Positions 53,992 to 62,558 of a stretch of DNA of 64,000 nucleotides are shown piece after piece; the first letter of the stretch is position 1, and every line of letters starts with the position of its first letter. Under the pieces are notes generated by a model. The model searched no databases and was not told where the DNA came from. It worked only from the letters and a program-made list of their open reading frames with translations. This DNA comes from Bacteroidota bacterium (GTDB lineage: Bacteria; Bacteroidota; Ignavibacteria; Kryptoniales; JAKASW01). The stretch covers positions 3,869 through 67,868 of the forward strand of contig JAMCQL010000013.1 in assembly GCA_023381615.1 (NCBI GenBank), read 5' to 3'. The position numbers and the translations under genes were made by a program.

Positions 53992-55304
53992 TCAATTTTC
54001 TCCTTTTTCTGCGGAAGTATTTTCACGGAAGTAAATCCGCCGTTTGTTAGATATTTTTTTGCGGCCTCCGCGATATCGGCATCAGTGACTTTCTCGATAG
54101 AATCAAGTGACTCTGAAACATTCGATCTTTCCCTGTAATAAAGTTCGTCTCTGGCAAAAAGCGACGCTCTGTCCCAAGGGTTTTCCAACGAGAAAATGAT
54201 TCCCGCTTTGAGCTGAGCCTTCGCCCGTGCAACTTCTTCTTGCGTAGGACCGGTTTTACCAAACTCATTTATAGTTGAAAAAATTCTCTCTTCTGCTTTT
54301 TCTACATCCTCAATTGCGGTGCAGGCATAAATTCCCATCACTCCGGTGTCGGCATAGCCCGAACCGTAGGAGTAAATCGAATACGCGAGACCGTCTTTTT
54401 CTCTGACATTTTTATATAATCTCGAACTCGACCCGTCTCCCAAAATCACGCCGACCATCGACGCCGCATATCTGTCGTCATCGTTGAGTCCGGGCGCTCT
54501 GGCGCCTAAAAGAATGTGCGCCTGTTTTCCGAGGCCGCGGCGGACAATGTAATTCTTCGGTTTATTGTAACGCGGCTTCCTTCTTATGTAAATCGTCAAA
54601 GAAAGCGGCATCGGTGATAGATATTTCGCGGCGAGCTCAATCAAATCCGACTTGTTGAAATTCCCGGCGGCGCTGACAACAATCCGGTCTGCCGTAAAAT
54701 TCTTTGAATGAAACTGACGCAGATCATCTACATCAAACTTCCGGAGCATCGAAGCTTTACCTGTGATCGGAAGCGAAAGCGAATTTCCGTCGAAGATTTT
54801 CTCTTCGATGTAGTCCATTCCCCAATCTTCGGGGTCGTCGTAAACTTCCTGCATTTCCGACAGGACAACTTTGCGCTCGCTCTGCAGATCAGCCTTCTGA
54901 AACTTTGGATGAACTACGAGATCGGAAAGGACGCGGATTACCTGTTCGAGGTCTTCCTTGAAAACCTTCGCGTAGTAGCATGAAAACTCTTTCGTGGTAA
55001 ACGCATTGATATATCCGCCGCGGCTTTCGATCGTTCCGACAATTTCATCTGCGGTAAAATGCTCTGTGCCTTTGAAGACCATGTGTTCGATGAGGTGCGT
55101 GAGCCCGTTTTCCTCTTTCTTCTCATCGCGCGAACCGAAGTTGACCCAAACCCCGACGGCAATGCTTTCGACAGAAGGAATGCTTTCTCCGATCACCATG
55201 ACGCCATTGGACAGCTTTTGGCGAAATGGCTCGCTCAAACTTGGATTGTGGACTTTGAGACCTACAGAAGGGGTGCGTTTCCGTGTGCGATTGTTTTTCT
55301 GCAT
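53988..55304 (-). CDS. M16 (pitrilysin) family zinc peptidase
   Basis: The 438-aa product has the inverted zinc motif HxxEH in GLTHLIEHMVFKGT. Confidence 0.85.
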   Translation of the reverse strand: MQKNNRTRKRTPSVGLKVHNPSLSEPFRQKLSNGVMVIGESIPSVESIAVGVWVNFGSRDEKKEENGLTHLIEHMVFKGTEHFTADEIVGTIESRGGYINAFTTKEFSCYYAKVFKEDLEQVIRVLSDLVVHPKFQKADLQSERKVVLSEMQEVYDDPEDWGMDYIEEKIFDGNSLSLPITGKASMLRKFDVDDLRQFHSKNFTADRIVVSAAGNFNKSDLIELAAKYLSPMPLSLTIYIRRKPRYNKPKNYIVRRGLGKQAHILLGARAPGLNDDDRYAASMVGVILGDGSSSRLYKNVREKDGLAYSIYSYGSGYADTGVMGIYACTAIEDVEKAEERIFSTINEFGKTGPTQEEVARAKAQLKAGIIFSLENPWDRASLFARDELYYRERSNVSESLDSIEKVTDADIAEAAKKYLTNGGFTSVKILPQKKEKIE

Positions 55305-55528
55305 TTTTGTGCAAAAAATATATCAACCGAGGGGACAATAATCAATTTAGCGTTTTAGGACACAGGTCGGAACGCCGCGCGTAGTTGCAGTTTGTTGGTA
55401 AAGAGATATAAAAAGTATGATCTTCCCCGCAGTGACCTTCAGTTTGGAAATAAAATCGAGCAAATGTGCAAGAGAGCCGAATCGAGTCGTTGCATTTACA
55501 CGGATTTTTTGATTATCTTTTTATATAC

Positions 55529-55602
55529 GCGCCCATAGCTCAATTGGATAGAGCAACGGCCTTCTAAGCCGTAGGTTGCCGGTTCAAATCCAGCTGGGCG
55601 CA
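55529..55602 (+). tRNA. tRNA-Arg (anticodon TCT)
   Basis: It reads GCGCCCA TA GCTC AATTGGATA GAGC A ACGGC CTTCTAA GCCGT AGGTT GCCGG TTCAAAT CCAGC TGGGCGC A. The cloverleaf is canonical, with one C-A mismatch in the T stem. Confidence 0.9.
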
Positions 55603-55757
55603 CTTCCCTACCTTCAGACATTTAGTATCCCCCTTCCTACAAATTCGTCTTTCTAGTCGCCTACGGCTTCAAAAATCTTCAAAACTTCACATCTCCTTCA
55701 CACATCCTTAATGTTTATTCACTTAATTATGACTGCAAGAAAATTGGAGGCAGGCAA

Positions 55758-56906
55758 GTGAAAGAGTTGTTTGAAATCCTCATCGGCTTAGGGTTGACAT
55801 ATTATCTCTCTATTCTGACCGCAGCACTTTTGAAGCTTTTTTCATCCCGAGTTGGTGCCGCGCACAACTCAGCGGGCAGTAACGACTTCCTTCCTCCAAT
55901 TTCGATTTTGAAACCGGTAAACGGCGTCGACGGCAATCTCCGCGAAAATCTTCTTTCGTTCATCAATCAGGATTATCCTGAATTTGAAATTGTCATCGGC
56001 GTTCAGTCTCCCGACGACCCGGCAATAGAACTCGTCAATCGTCTCAAAGAACAATCCCCCGACAAGAATATCCATTTCATCGTCAGCAATCGAACGCTTG
56101 GCTTCAATCCGAAGATCAACAACTTGTACGGCATGATGCCGCTTGCGAATCACGACTACATGGTGATAAGCGACAGCAACGTTATCGTCGAGAAAGATTA
56201 TCTGCGTTCGAACATAAAATATTTCAAGGACAAACAAGTCGGCCTGGTAACAAATCTCATCAAAGGAATCGGCGGAGAAGGCTTCGGCGCGCTGTTCGAG
56301 AATCTGCACCTCAATTCTTTCACGATTGGGAACGTCAGCTTGCTTGATTATGCAAAGAAGGAAGTTGTCGTCGGCAAATCAATATTCTTCCGGAAGTCGC
56401 AGTTCGACGAGCTTGGCGGAATTTGGGAACTGCGGAATTATCTCGCCGAAGATTATCTGATGGGAAGGCTCTACAAAGAAAACGGATACAAAGTCGTGGT
56501 ATCGCCGTACCTTATCAGCACCACAAATCATTCCTGGACGATGAAGCGTTTCCTGAACCGGCATACAAGATGGGCACAGCTCAGATGGAATTTGAACAAG
56601 CCCGCTTATATCGGAGAGCTCCTGACAAATTTGCCGCTCTGGTCACTCGTGTATGCAATCGCTTTTGGTTTCTCTTACGAAGCGTCTTTCGTTACCGCTT
56701 TCTGCTGGGCGGCAAAGATAACCGGAGATGCACTCATGAATGCGACGCTTGAAACAGGACTTGGATTTCGGCATTGTCTCGCTGCCCCAATGAAAGACCT
56801 GGTCATTGCCTTTACCTGGCCGGTTCCGCTCGTGAATAGAAAGACGAAGTGGCGAGGTAACCCGGTCCGCATTACACATAATACACTTCTTTTGCCCTCA
56901 GACTAG
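55758..56906 (+). CDS. GT2/GT21-type glycosyltransferase (ceramide-glucosyltransferase-like)
   Basis: The 382-aa product has an N-terminal TM segment. It reads ISILKPVNGVDGNLRENLLSFINQDYPEFEIVIGV, VISDSNV, AEDY and RHTRWAQLRW, the last being the Q/RxxRW motif. Confidence 0.7.
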   Translation: MKELFEILIGLGLTYYLSILTAALLKLFSSRVGAAHNSAGSNDFLPPISILKPVNGVDGNLRENLLSFINQDYPEFEIVIGVQSPDDPAIELVNRLKEQSPDKNIHFIVSNRTLGFNPKINNLYGMMPLANHDYMVISDSNVIVEKDYLRSNIKYFKDKQVGLVTNLIKGIGGEGFGALFENLHLNSFTIGNVSLLDYAKKEVVVGKSIFFRKSQFDELGGIWELRNYLAEDYLMGRLYKENGYKVVVSPYLISTTNHSWTMKRFLNRHTRWAQLRWNLNKPAYIGELLTNLPLWSLVYAIAFGFSYEASFVTAFCWAAKITGDALMNATLETGLGFRHCLAAPMKDLVIAFTWPVPLVNRKTKWRGNPVRITHNTLLLPSD

Positions 56907-57161
56907 TTGGTAGCTTATCTGCAGACTTCCTGCAAAAAGGGAAACAAATTTTCAAGTTCCAAGCACGAAATTCCAAACAAGCTCCGAATTCCAATAAGCA
57001 AATGACCGAGACTCATCTTGGTGAAGCTGCACTTCACGAAGCGTTAAGTGTAGTAATGTCCTTTATTTGAAATTTGTTTGGGATTTGGAATTTGTGATCT
57101 GAGATTTCGCATTGGGTGCCGCCACAGGATCACGACCATGCCGGGACTTGAAAGGCGGACA

Positions 57162-58385
57162 TTAATCTGCGGAACCACTCACAAGCCCATCTATTTCAAA
57201 AGTTCCTGTCTTCGGAAGATTGTTATATCCGTTCTCCGCAAGTTCCATCAGCATGCTGCTGCACCGGCTCCCCAAAATCCACTTGGCAAAATCAGAAGGC
57301 GGCACCATGTTGACCCCGCAGCGGTTCTCAAAAATATAGTCTCGATTCTTGGCCTCGTGTGCTCCAATCGGCGGCAGAAACACAAGCGGTATTCCCAACG
57401 CGGCGTAGAAGACCATCTCGCTCGGTTTGGTGATCATCACGTCCGTTGATTTCAATGCGGAGTTAAACCTGTCAAACGCCGTAAAAATATCTTTGTCGTA
57501 CATGATCTCGGTGAACTCGAGTTCGTCGATTCCGTAATTGACAAACAAATTCTCCGCATTCCTCTGCGCATGGGCATTGTCACCGCATGATACTATCAGG
57601 CGAAGAGCTCCCGCTTTCAGTTCGTCTATAATTGACTTAACCAACTCGGCAAGCACGTTCGAATACGCACCCGCGCCGCTGAAAGGAAACATTATCGTCA
57701 GAGGCAACGAAGAATCATTCTTGAGTCTGGTCTTTCTGATTTCTAAATCATCTGCAAGTAATTTCAAATCTCCCCCGCCTGTGTTTTGAACCGGCAGCGG
57801 AAATCCGGTGACGCAGATTTTTTCCTTTTTGACACCGTACGAAATCAGCCTGTCGGCAGACTTTGCCGTCGGAACGCAGTAATTTAGATTACGGTTGCCG
57901 GGGTGAATTGGTGCCCACACGCGATGTATGTCGGTGTCGCAGAGCAAAAGAAAATTTTTCCCCGCGTAGCCGTGATAGACCGATAGCATTGCCGGAAGAT
58001 AAAACGTGTGGAGCAACGTCGGTGAATAGTCATCCAACGAATTGAAGAGCTTTTTGCCCGCGCCTAATTTTTGCAGAGTATAGATAAGCTCTGACCCCTT
58101 CAAAGATGCAGGCGCGTGGTCATCAGGTATTTCCATCAGCTTCTCGAATCGCCTGTAAAGAAACTTGCTTCGACTTTCCGAGTCCCTCGACCCGTAAATA
58201 TGCGTGGACTGCCCGACGCGCCAGACGAATCTGTCAATCACGCTCACGTATGGATCATTATCGACTCTGAGCACCGGCGCCTTACTGTAACTTGCGATGT
58301 TATGAGCGGCGCGGAGATGCCCGAATCCCATCAACGCAGAAGTAATTAGATATTTACTCTCCGAAAGCTGTTCAGACACGGTCAA
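57162..58385 (-). CDS. Putative GT-B fold glycosyltransferase (MurG/MGDG-synthase-like), function uncertain
   Basis: The 407-aa product has the N-terminal motif YLITSALMGFGHLRAAHNIA, which resembles the G-rich loop of GT28-type enzymes. The C-terminal half reads ITKPSEMVFYAALGIPLVFLPPIGAHEAKN. Confidence 0.4.
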   Translation of the reverse strand: MTVSEQLSESKYLITSALMGFGHLRAAHNIASYSKAPVLRVDNDPYVSVIDRFVWRVGQSTHIYGSRDSESRSKFLYRRFEKLMEIPDDHAPASLKGSELIYTLQKLGAGKKLFNSLDDYSPTLLHTFYLPAMLSVYHGYAGKNFLLLCDTDIHRVWAPIHPGNRNLNYCVPTAKSADRLISYGVKKEKICVTGFPLPVQNTGGGDLKLLADDLEIRKTRLKNDSSLPLTIMFPFSGAGAYSNVLAELVKSIIDELKAGALRLIVSCGDNAHAQRNAENLFVNYGIDELEFTEIMYDKDIFTAFDRFNSALKSTDVMITKPSEMVFYAALGIPLVFLPPIGAHEAKNRDYIFENRCGVNMVPPSDFAKWILGSRCSSMLMELAENGYNNLPKTGTFEIDGLVSGSAD

Positions 58386-58857
58386 GACCTTCCCACTACC
58401 GATTCCGTTTATAAGTTTGAAATTATTTTAAGAGGGGTAAGAGGATTGTTACAGGTATAAATATATCGAACGGAAAGCTTGCAAACAATTTTTGACAAGA
58501 AACGAAATCTTAAAAGTCAAATGCCAAAAATCAAAATTACAGCGCAAAGCTCAAATCCGGGTATAAACGGTTTTGTCGGCCCCAAGCAAATGGTTTTTAT
58601 GACCACCCTTGCAGCCAAATCCAACTTTTCTATACCCTTGAAATTGAGTCATGAGGCTACGCGAGATCCTGAGAAAAAGGACATTCGTTGTCTTTCCTAT
58701 ATTCTTTATCCTCCATACAAAACATGAAATTGAAATCATAGTTTTGAGTTTTGAATTGTAGCTTTGACCTTTGAGTCTTGACTTTCTTCCACCCATCAAT
58801 CTCGTCAGCATGGCAATCCCGAGCTAAAATAAACCACTTACTACCTTGGGATAATAG

Positions 58858-59970
58858 TCACCACTCAATCGTCGCTTTTATCTCGTCGTCTCCATGGTGC
58901 TGTAAAGCCGATGCGAAGTCATCGAAGCGGTGCCTGTTCGTGATAAGCTTTTTCAAGTGGTCGCCCCAGAGCAATTGAGCATGCATCAGATCGTCGACCG
59001 CCATTTGGAAGTGATCCCGCGCAGCGTTCACACTACCCACCATGACCTGGTTTTTCAGAACCAATCTTCGAACCAAATCTGCTCCGTCAATTTGCAGAGC
59101 GCGGTCTCCGCCCGGAACACCCGTCAAAACATAGACGCCGTTCAACGCGAGCGCGTCAAGTAAATTGAATTCGACCGGCGCGAATCCCGTCGCGTCGAAA
59201 ACCAAGTCCATCGGCACAACGGCATCCGCAACTTTCTGTGCGGGAATCTTCCTGCCGTCAATATATTTACCACCTATCGTTGCCAACCATTTCGGACGAG
59301 CTGTACCCTCATCGACGATGTCGAGACCGTAAACCTCCGCCCCGCGAAGTTTCAGCGATACTGCGGCAAGCAATCCGATCGGGCCGAGTCCCGCGACCAA
59401 ACACTTCTTTCCGAAGAGCCATTTCGGTGTTGCACCCGCATCAGGGAGTCGGGCAGACTGAATCCTAACAGCTTCGTCGATTGCTTTCTCCGCAACCGAA
59501 GTCGGTTCCGTCAAAACTCCTACGGCTTCCAATTCCGCCGGAACACGGACGACATATTGTTCCTTATCTACGATATATTCTGTCTGGTAGCCGTCGAGTC
59601 CCCAGATTCCCCGCTCGTGGTAGTCACCTGTCAGGCACATATCTGAGCGGTTCATCAGACACGGCAGACATTTTCCGCAGCCGCGTCGCACAGTGAAGAC
59701 GACGAAATCGCCGGGCTTGACTCTGCTCACGGATTTTCCAACCTCAACAACTTTTCCGAACATCTCGTGTCCGAGAACGAGGTCGCCGCTTCCTTGCGGC
59801 GCGAGCGATCTCCCGCCGGCGGCTTCTTCGCGGTCCGTTCCGCAAATTCCAACTCGAATGATTTTTACTTTTACTTCATCAGGCACACTGATCTTCGGCT
59901 CGACTCGATCAACGAGTTGAATCGAAGTTGTTCCGGGTTTAATCGAAATTGCTTTCATAAATATTCCCAT
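58858..59970 (-). CDS. Zinc-dependent MDR dehydrogenase, glucose 1-dehydrogenase-like
   Basis: The product reads IIRVGICGTDREEAAGG and GHEMFGKVVEVG, has a structural Zn Cys cluster (RRGCGKCLPCLMNRSDMC), and has the NAD motif VAGLGPIGLL. The likely start is the internal MKAISIKPG. Confidence 0.75.
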   Translation of the reverse strand: MGIFMKAISIKPGTTSIQLVDRVEPKISVPDEVKVKIIRVGICGTDREEAAGGRSLAPQGSGDLVLGHEMFGKVVEVGKSVSRVKPGDFVVFTVRRGCGKCLPCLMNRSDMCLTGDYHERGIWGLDGYQTEYIVDKEQYVVRVPAELEAVGVLTEPTSVAEKAIDEAVRIQSARLPDAGATPKWLFGKKCLVAGLGPIGLLAAVSLKLRGAEVYGLDIVDEGTARPKWLATIGGKYIDGRKIPAQKVADAVVPMDLVFDATGFAPVEFNLLDALALNGVYVLTGVPGGDRALQIDGADLVRRLVLKNQVMVGSVNAARDHFQMAVDDLMHAQLLWGDHLKKLITNRHRFDDFASALQHHGDDEIKATIEW

Positions 59971-59979
59971 CCAATGTTT

Positions 59980-62532
59980 TTAATTTCCAATTAAATTTTC
60001 CAATTTCGCGTTCGCCCAATCTGCATGGTCATTGTCAATTCCACCGCCGGCGCCCGTTACTTTCAAGAGCAAACTCTTCACGCCTTTTATGTCGATTGAA
60101 ACCGGGACCGCGCCGTTCGATTTGGTAACAACTCCGCTGTGCCACAACTCTCTGCCGTCGCCGCAAACGGAAAACTCGACGTTTGCTTTATCACTTCCGT
60201 TGTTGTCATCAATTCCGACAACCGCGGAGAATTTTTCGTACAAGCCGTTCACGTTGTACTGAATATCGGAGTTGGCGTGAGTGCCGATTCCAAATTCAAA
60301 ACTCTTACCGGCGATTGATATTCCCTTTCCTGAAACAGATTTGTTCATCTCTACATTTCCCCAACCAGAAGTCGCCATAATAGGTTCCAGCTTGCTCAAA
60401 TAGATTTTGTCCGGCAAAAGTTTCTTGAGCTCAAAACTTGCAGCAGCTTCTTTCTTACTCAGCGTTCCATCTTCCCAAACCGACCGGGCGGCAACATTGT
60501 AAGTTGCATCGGGATTCAAGTTCCTCAGCGGGAATACGTTCGTCGGAGTGTAACCGGCGAGTTCGCCGTTTACATAAACCTGACAGCCTTCATTCAAATA
60601 ATATTGATCGTCCCACCGGATATTCACGCCGTCAAGACCATTGCTTGTAACCGTCAAACCGTACGGCGCGCTGACGGGATAGTGATAAAAATCGGACGGG
60701 ACAAACGAAACCTCCCATTCAACTTCAGCCGTCTTCGGAGAAGTGAATTTCACCTCTGCCCAACCCTGATGATCATCAACTGCCACTTTCAGGTTCTGTG
60801 CCCTTGCATTCTTCGCCTTGAAATTTTCTCCGCGCGGGAAGGCAAAGAATAATTCATACGGATCGTTTCCGATGACTTTGCTCTTCCCATGAAAAGTGTT
60901 CGTCTTTCCATCGAACTTCAGCGACGCAAGGTCTATGTATCCCTGCGTAATATGCCGGTTCGTCGAAATAAGCTGGATGTGTCCATCGTCTTTCAGCAGA
61001 GTCAGGACACGGCAGCTTGTCGGCAGCAAAGTAACTGCAATTCCTTTTTGCCATACGCCCATATATTCTTTGTTCCAAAAATCGAAGACTTGAACAAGCG
61101 ATGAATCCTCGTAACCGAGGTCCTTCCAGCTGACAAAAAGTGTTTTAGATTTTTTCTCGTTATAGTTGAAAATCCCGACAACGTCGTAATTCCTGCCGAG
61201 ATGATTGATTTTCAAATCCCAGATATGCTTGTATGTTTTTGACGGAAACAGGTCGAGCGGACGAATGTCGAGCGCGGGAAAGACGCGCTTCAAGATATCC
61301 ACGCGGCCGCTCGATAGGTCCATCATGCGGTCGCTTGCCATCAAAGCTTCGCCTGTCAAACCCTGCAGCGTTGCCCAGGCGCGCGCCTGGTCGAGCGTCA
61401 GCGGATAACGCAGCAGCATCACGTCGGGGTCGCAGTACCAAACGACGTTGTGAAGGAAATAGTAGTGCATCGTGGCATCGAGAGCGGTCGTGAAACCGTC
61501 CCAGCCGAGGTCCACGTCTCCGCCGGTCCGTGAGCCGTTCATTATCCCCGTGCCGTCGAGCGGAATTCCCCAACAGCCGAGGAGGTACCTGTTATTTCCG
61601 ATTGTGCTTCGTATCATCTCAATCGTTGCGCGGTATAGTGAATCGGGATTACTTGATGGATGCGCCATGAGTCCCGTTTTTTTATGATATTGGTCTATGA
61701 CGATAGGCTGGCCGTCGATCTTGAAGTAGTCATAACCCCATCCTGTAAGAGTCGTGAAAAGATTCTTGAGATAGTTCAAACCGACTTTTGTCGAAGGATC
61801 GACTAAGTAATTCCCTTCCCATGTTTTCGAGGCAGACGTATCGTCTTTCAGAATGAACGCGCCGGGGTTTTCCTCAACAACTTTCGGATTACTTTGTCCG
61901 TGCGGCGCAAGCCAGAGCCCCGGTTTCAAGCCCAAGCTTTTTATATAAGCCGCAAGCTTATTCATTCCGCCGGGGAAACGGTTGTCGATTGTCGTCCAGT
62001 CTCTATTGTCGCCGGAGCCGTGTCCCTTCCCCTGCCAACCGTCGTCGATCTGGATATACTCTGCACCGTAGTCTTTCAAGTTGACCGCAACCCATTTCGC
62101 GTTCCGCTCGATTTCTTTTTCATTTACTTCCTGATAGTAATAGTACCACGAGCACCATCCGGACGGCGGAAGTGGAAACACGGATTTGTCGATCGGTTTG
62201 TAAAATTTTATTCCAAGCGAATCGCGGTAATAGTTCTTGATTACGCTTCCGTGGTTAAGAATTACTTCGTCTTTCGCCGGATCAAACATTCCGTCGGCAA
62301 GCGGCGTCTTAACGTCCCCGAGTGTCATCACGAACAAGTCTTTGTTCGCGCCTTCGTGGATCCTGCACGGAATGAGATGGGGCCAAGTCTTGTCGGCTTT
62401 TTCAACTCGCTGCTCGGCCTTGCGCGCGCCTCCGCCATTCAAACCAAAAGAAAAGATGCCGGCGATCAGCGAAAAGCCAAGCACACTTTTCCTGAAGCTG
62501 TTTGAGAAGGCTGTTGTAAATGACCGGCTCAT
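59980..62532 (-). CDS. Clan GH-D alpha-galactosidase-like glycosidase with C-terminal NPCBM (CBM51-like) domain
   Basis: The product reads PSGWCSWYYYYQEVNEKEI...YGAEYIQIDDGWQG and DYFKIDG. The C-terminal NPCBM signature reads YLSKLEP..ATSGWGNVEMNKSVSGKGISIAGKSFEFGIGTHANS...VGIDDN...DHADWANAKL. An N-terminal TM or signal segment is present. Confidence 0.65.
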   Translation of the reverse strand: MSRSFTTAFSNSFRKSVLGFSLIAGIFSFGLNGGGARKAEQRVEKADKTWPHLIPCRIHEGANKDLFVMTLGDVKTPLADGMFDPAKDEVILNHGSVIKNYYRDSLGIKFYKPIDKSVFPLPPSGWCSWYYYYQEVNEKEIERNAKWVAVNLKDYGAEYIQIDDGWQGKGHGSGDNRDWTTIDNRFPGGMNKLAAYIKSLGLKPGLWLAPHGQSNPKVVEENPGAFILKDDTSASKTWEGNYLVDPSTKVGLNYLKNLFTTLTGWGYDYFKIDGQPIVIDQYHKKTGLMAHPSSNPDSLYRATIEMIRSTIGNNRYLLGCWGIPLDGTGIMNGSRTGGDVDLGWDGFTTALDATMHYYFLHNVVWYCDPDVMLLRYPLTLDQARAWATLQGLTGEALMASDRMMDLSSGRVDILKRVFPALDIRPLDLFPSKTYKHIWDLKINHLGRNYDVVGIFNYNEKKSKTLFVSWKDLGYEDSSLVQVFDFWNKEYMGVWQKGIAVTLLPTSCRVLTLLKDDGHIQLISTNRHITQGYIDLASLKFDGKTNTFHGKSKVIGNDPYELFFAFPRGENFKAKNARAQNLKVAVDDHQGWAEVKFTSPKTAEVEWEVSFVPSDFYHYPVSAPYGLTVTSNGLDGVNIRWDDQYYLNEGCQVYVNGELAGYTPTNVFPLRNLNPDATYNVAARSVWEDGTLSKKEAAASFELKKLLPDKIYLSKLEPIMATSGWGNVEMNKSVSGKGISIAGKSFEFGIGTHANSDIQYNVNGLYEKFSAVVGIDDNNGSDKANVEFSVCGDGRELWHSGVVTKSNGAVPVSIDIKGVKSLLLKVTGAGGGIDNDHADWANAKLENLIGN

Positions 62533-62558
62533 GGCTTCATCTCCGTTTTCTGCAGTCT

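Noticed and set aside
55603-62532. A genomic island integrated at tRNA-Arg.
   Set aside because: There is no integrase, and I saw no repeat of the tRNA 3' end downstream. The gene content (glycosyltransferases, a dehydrogenase, a glycosidase) is unremarkable. The evidence is insufficient.
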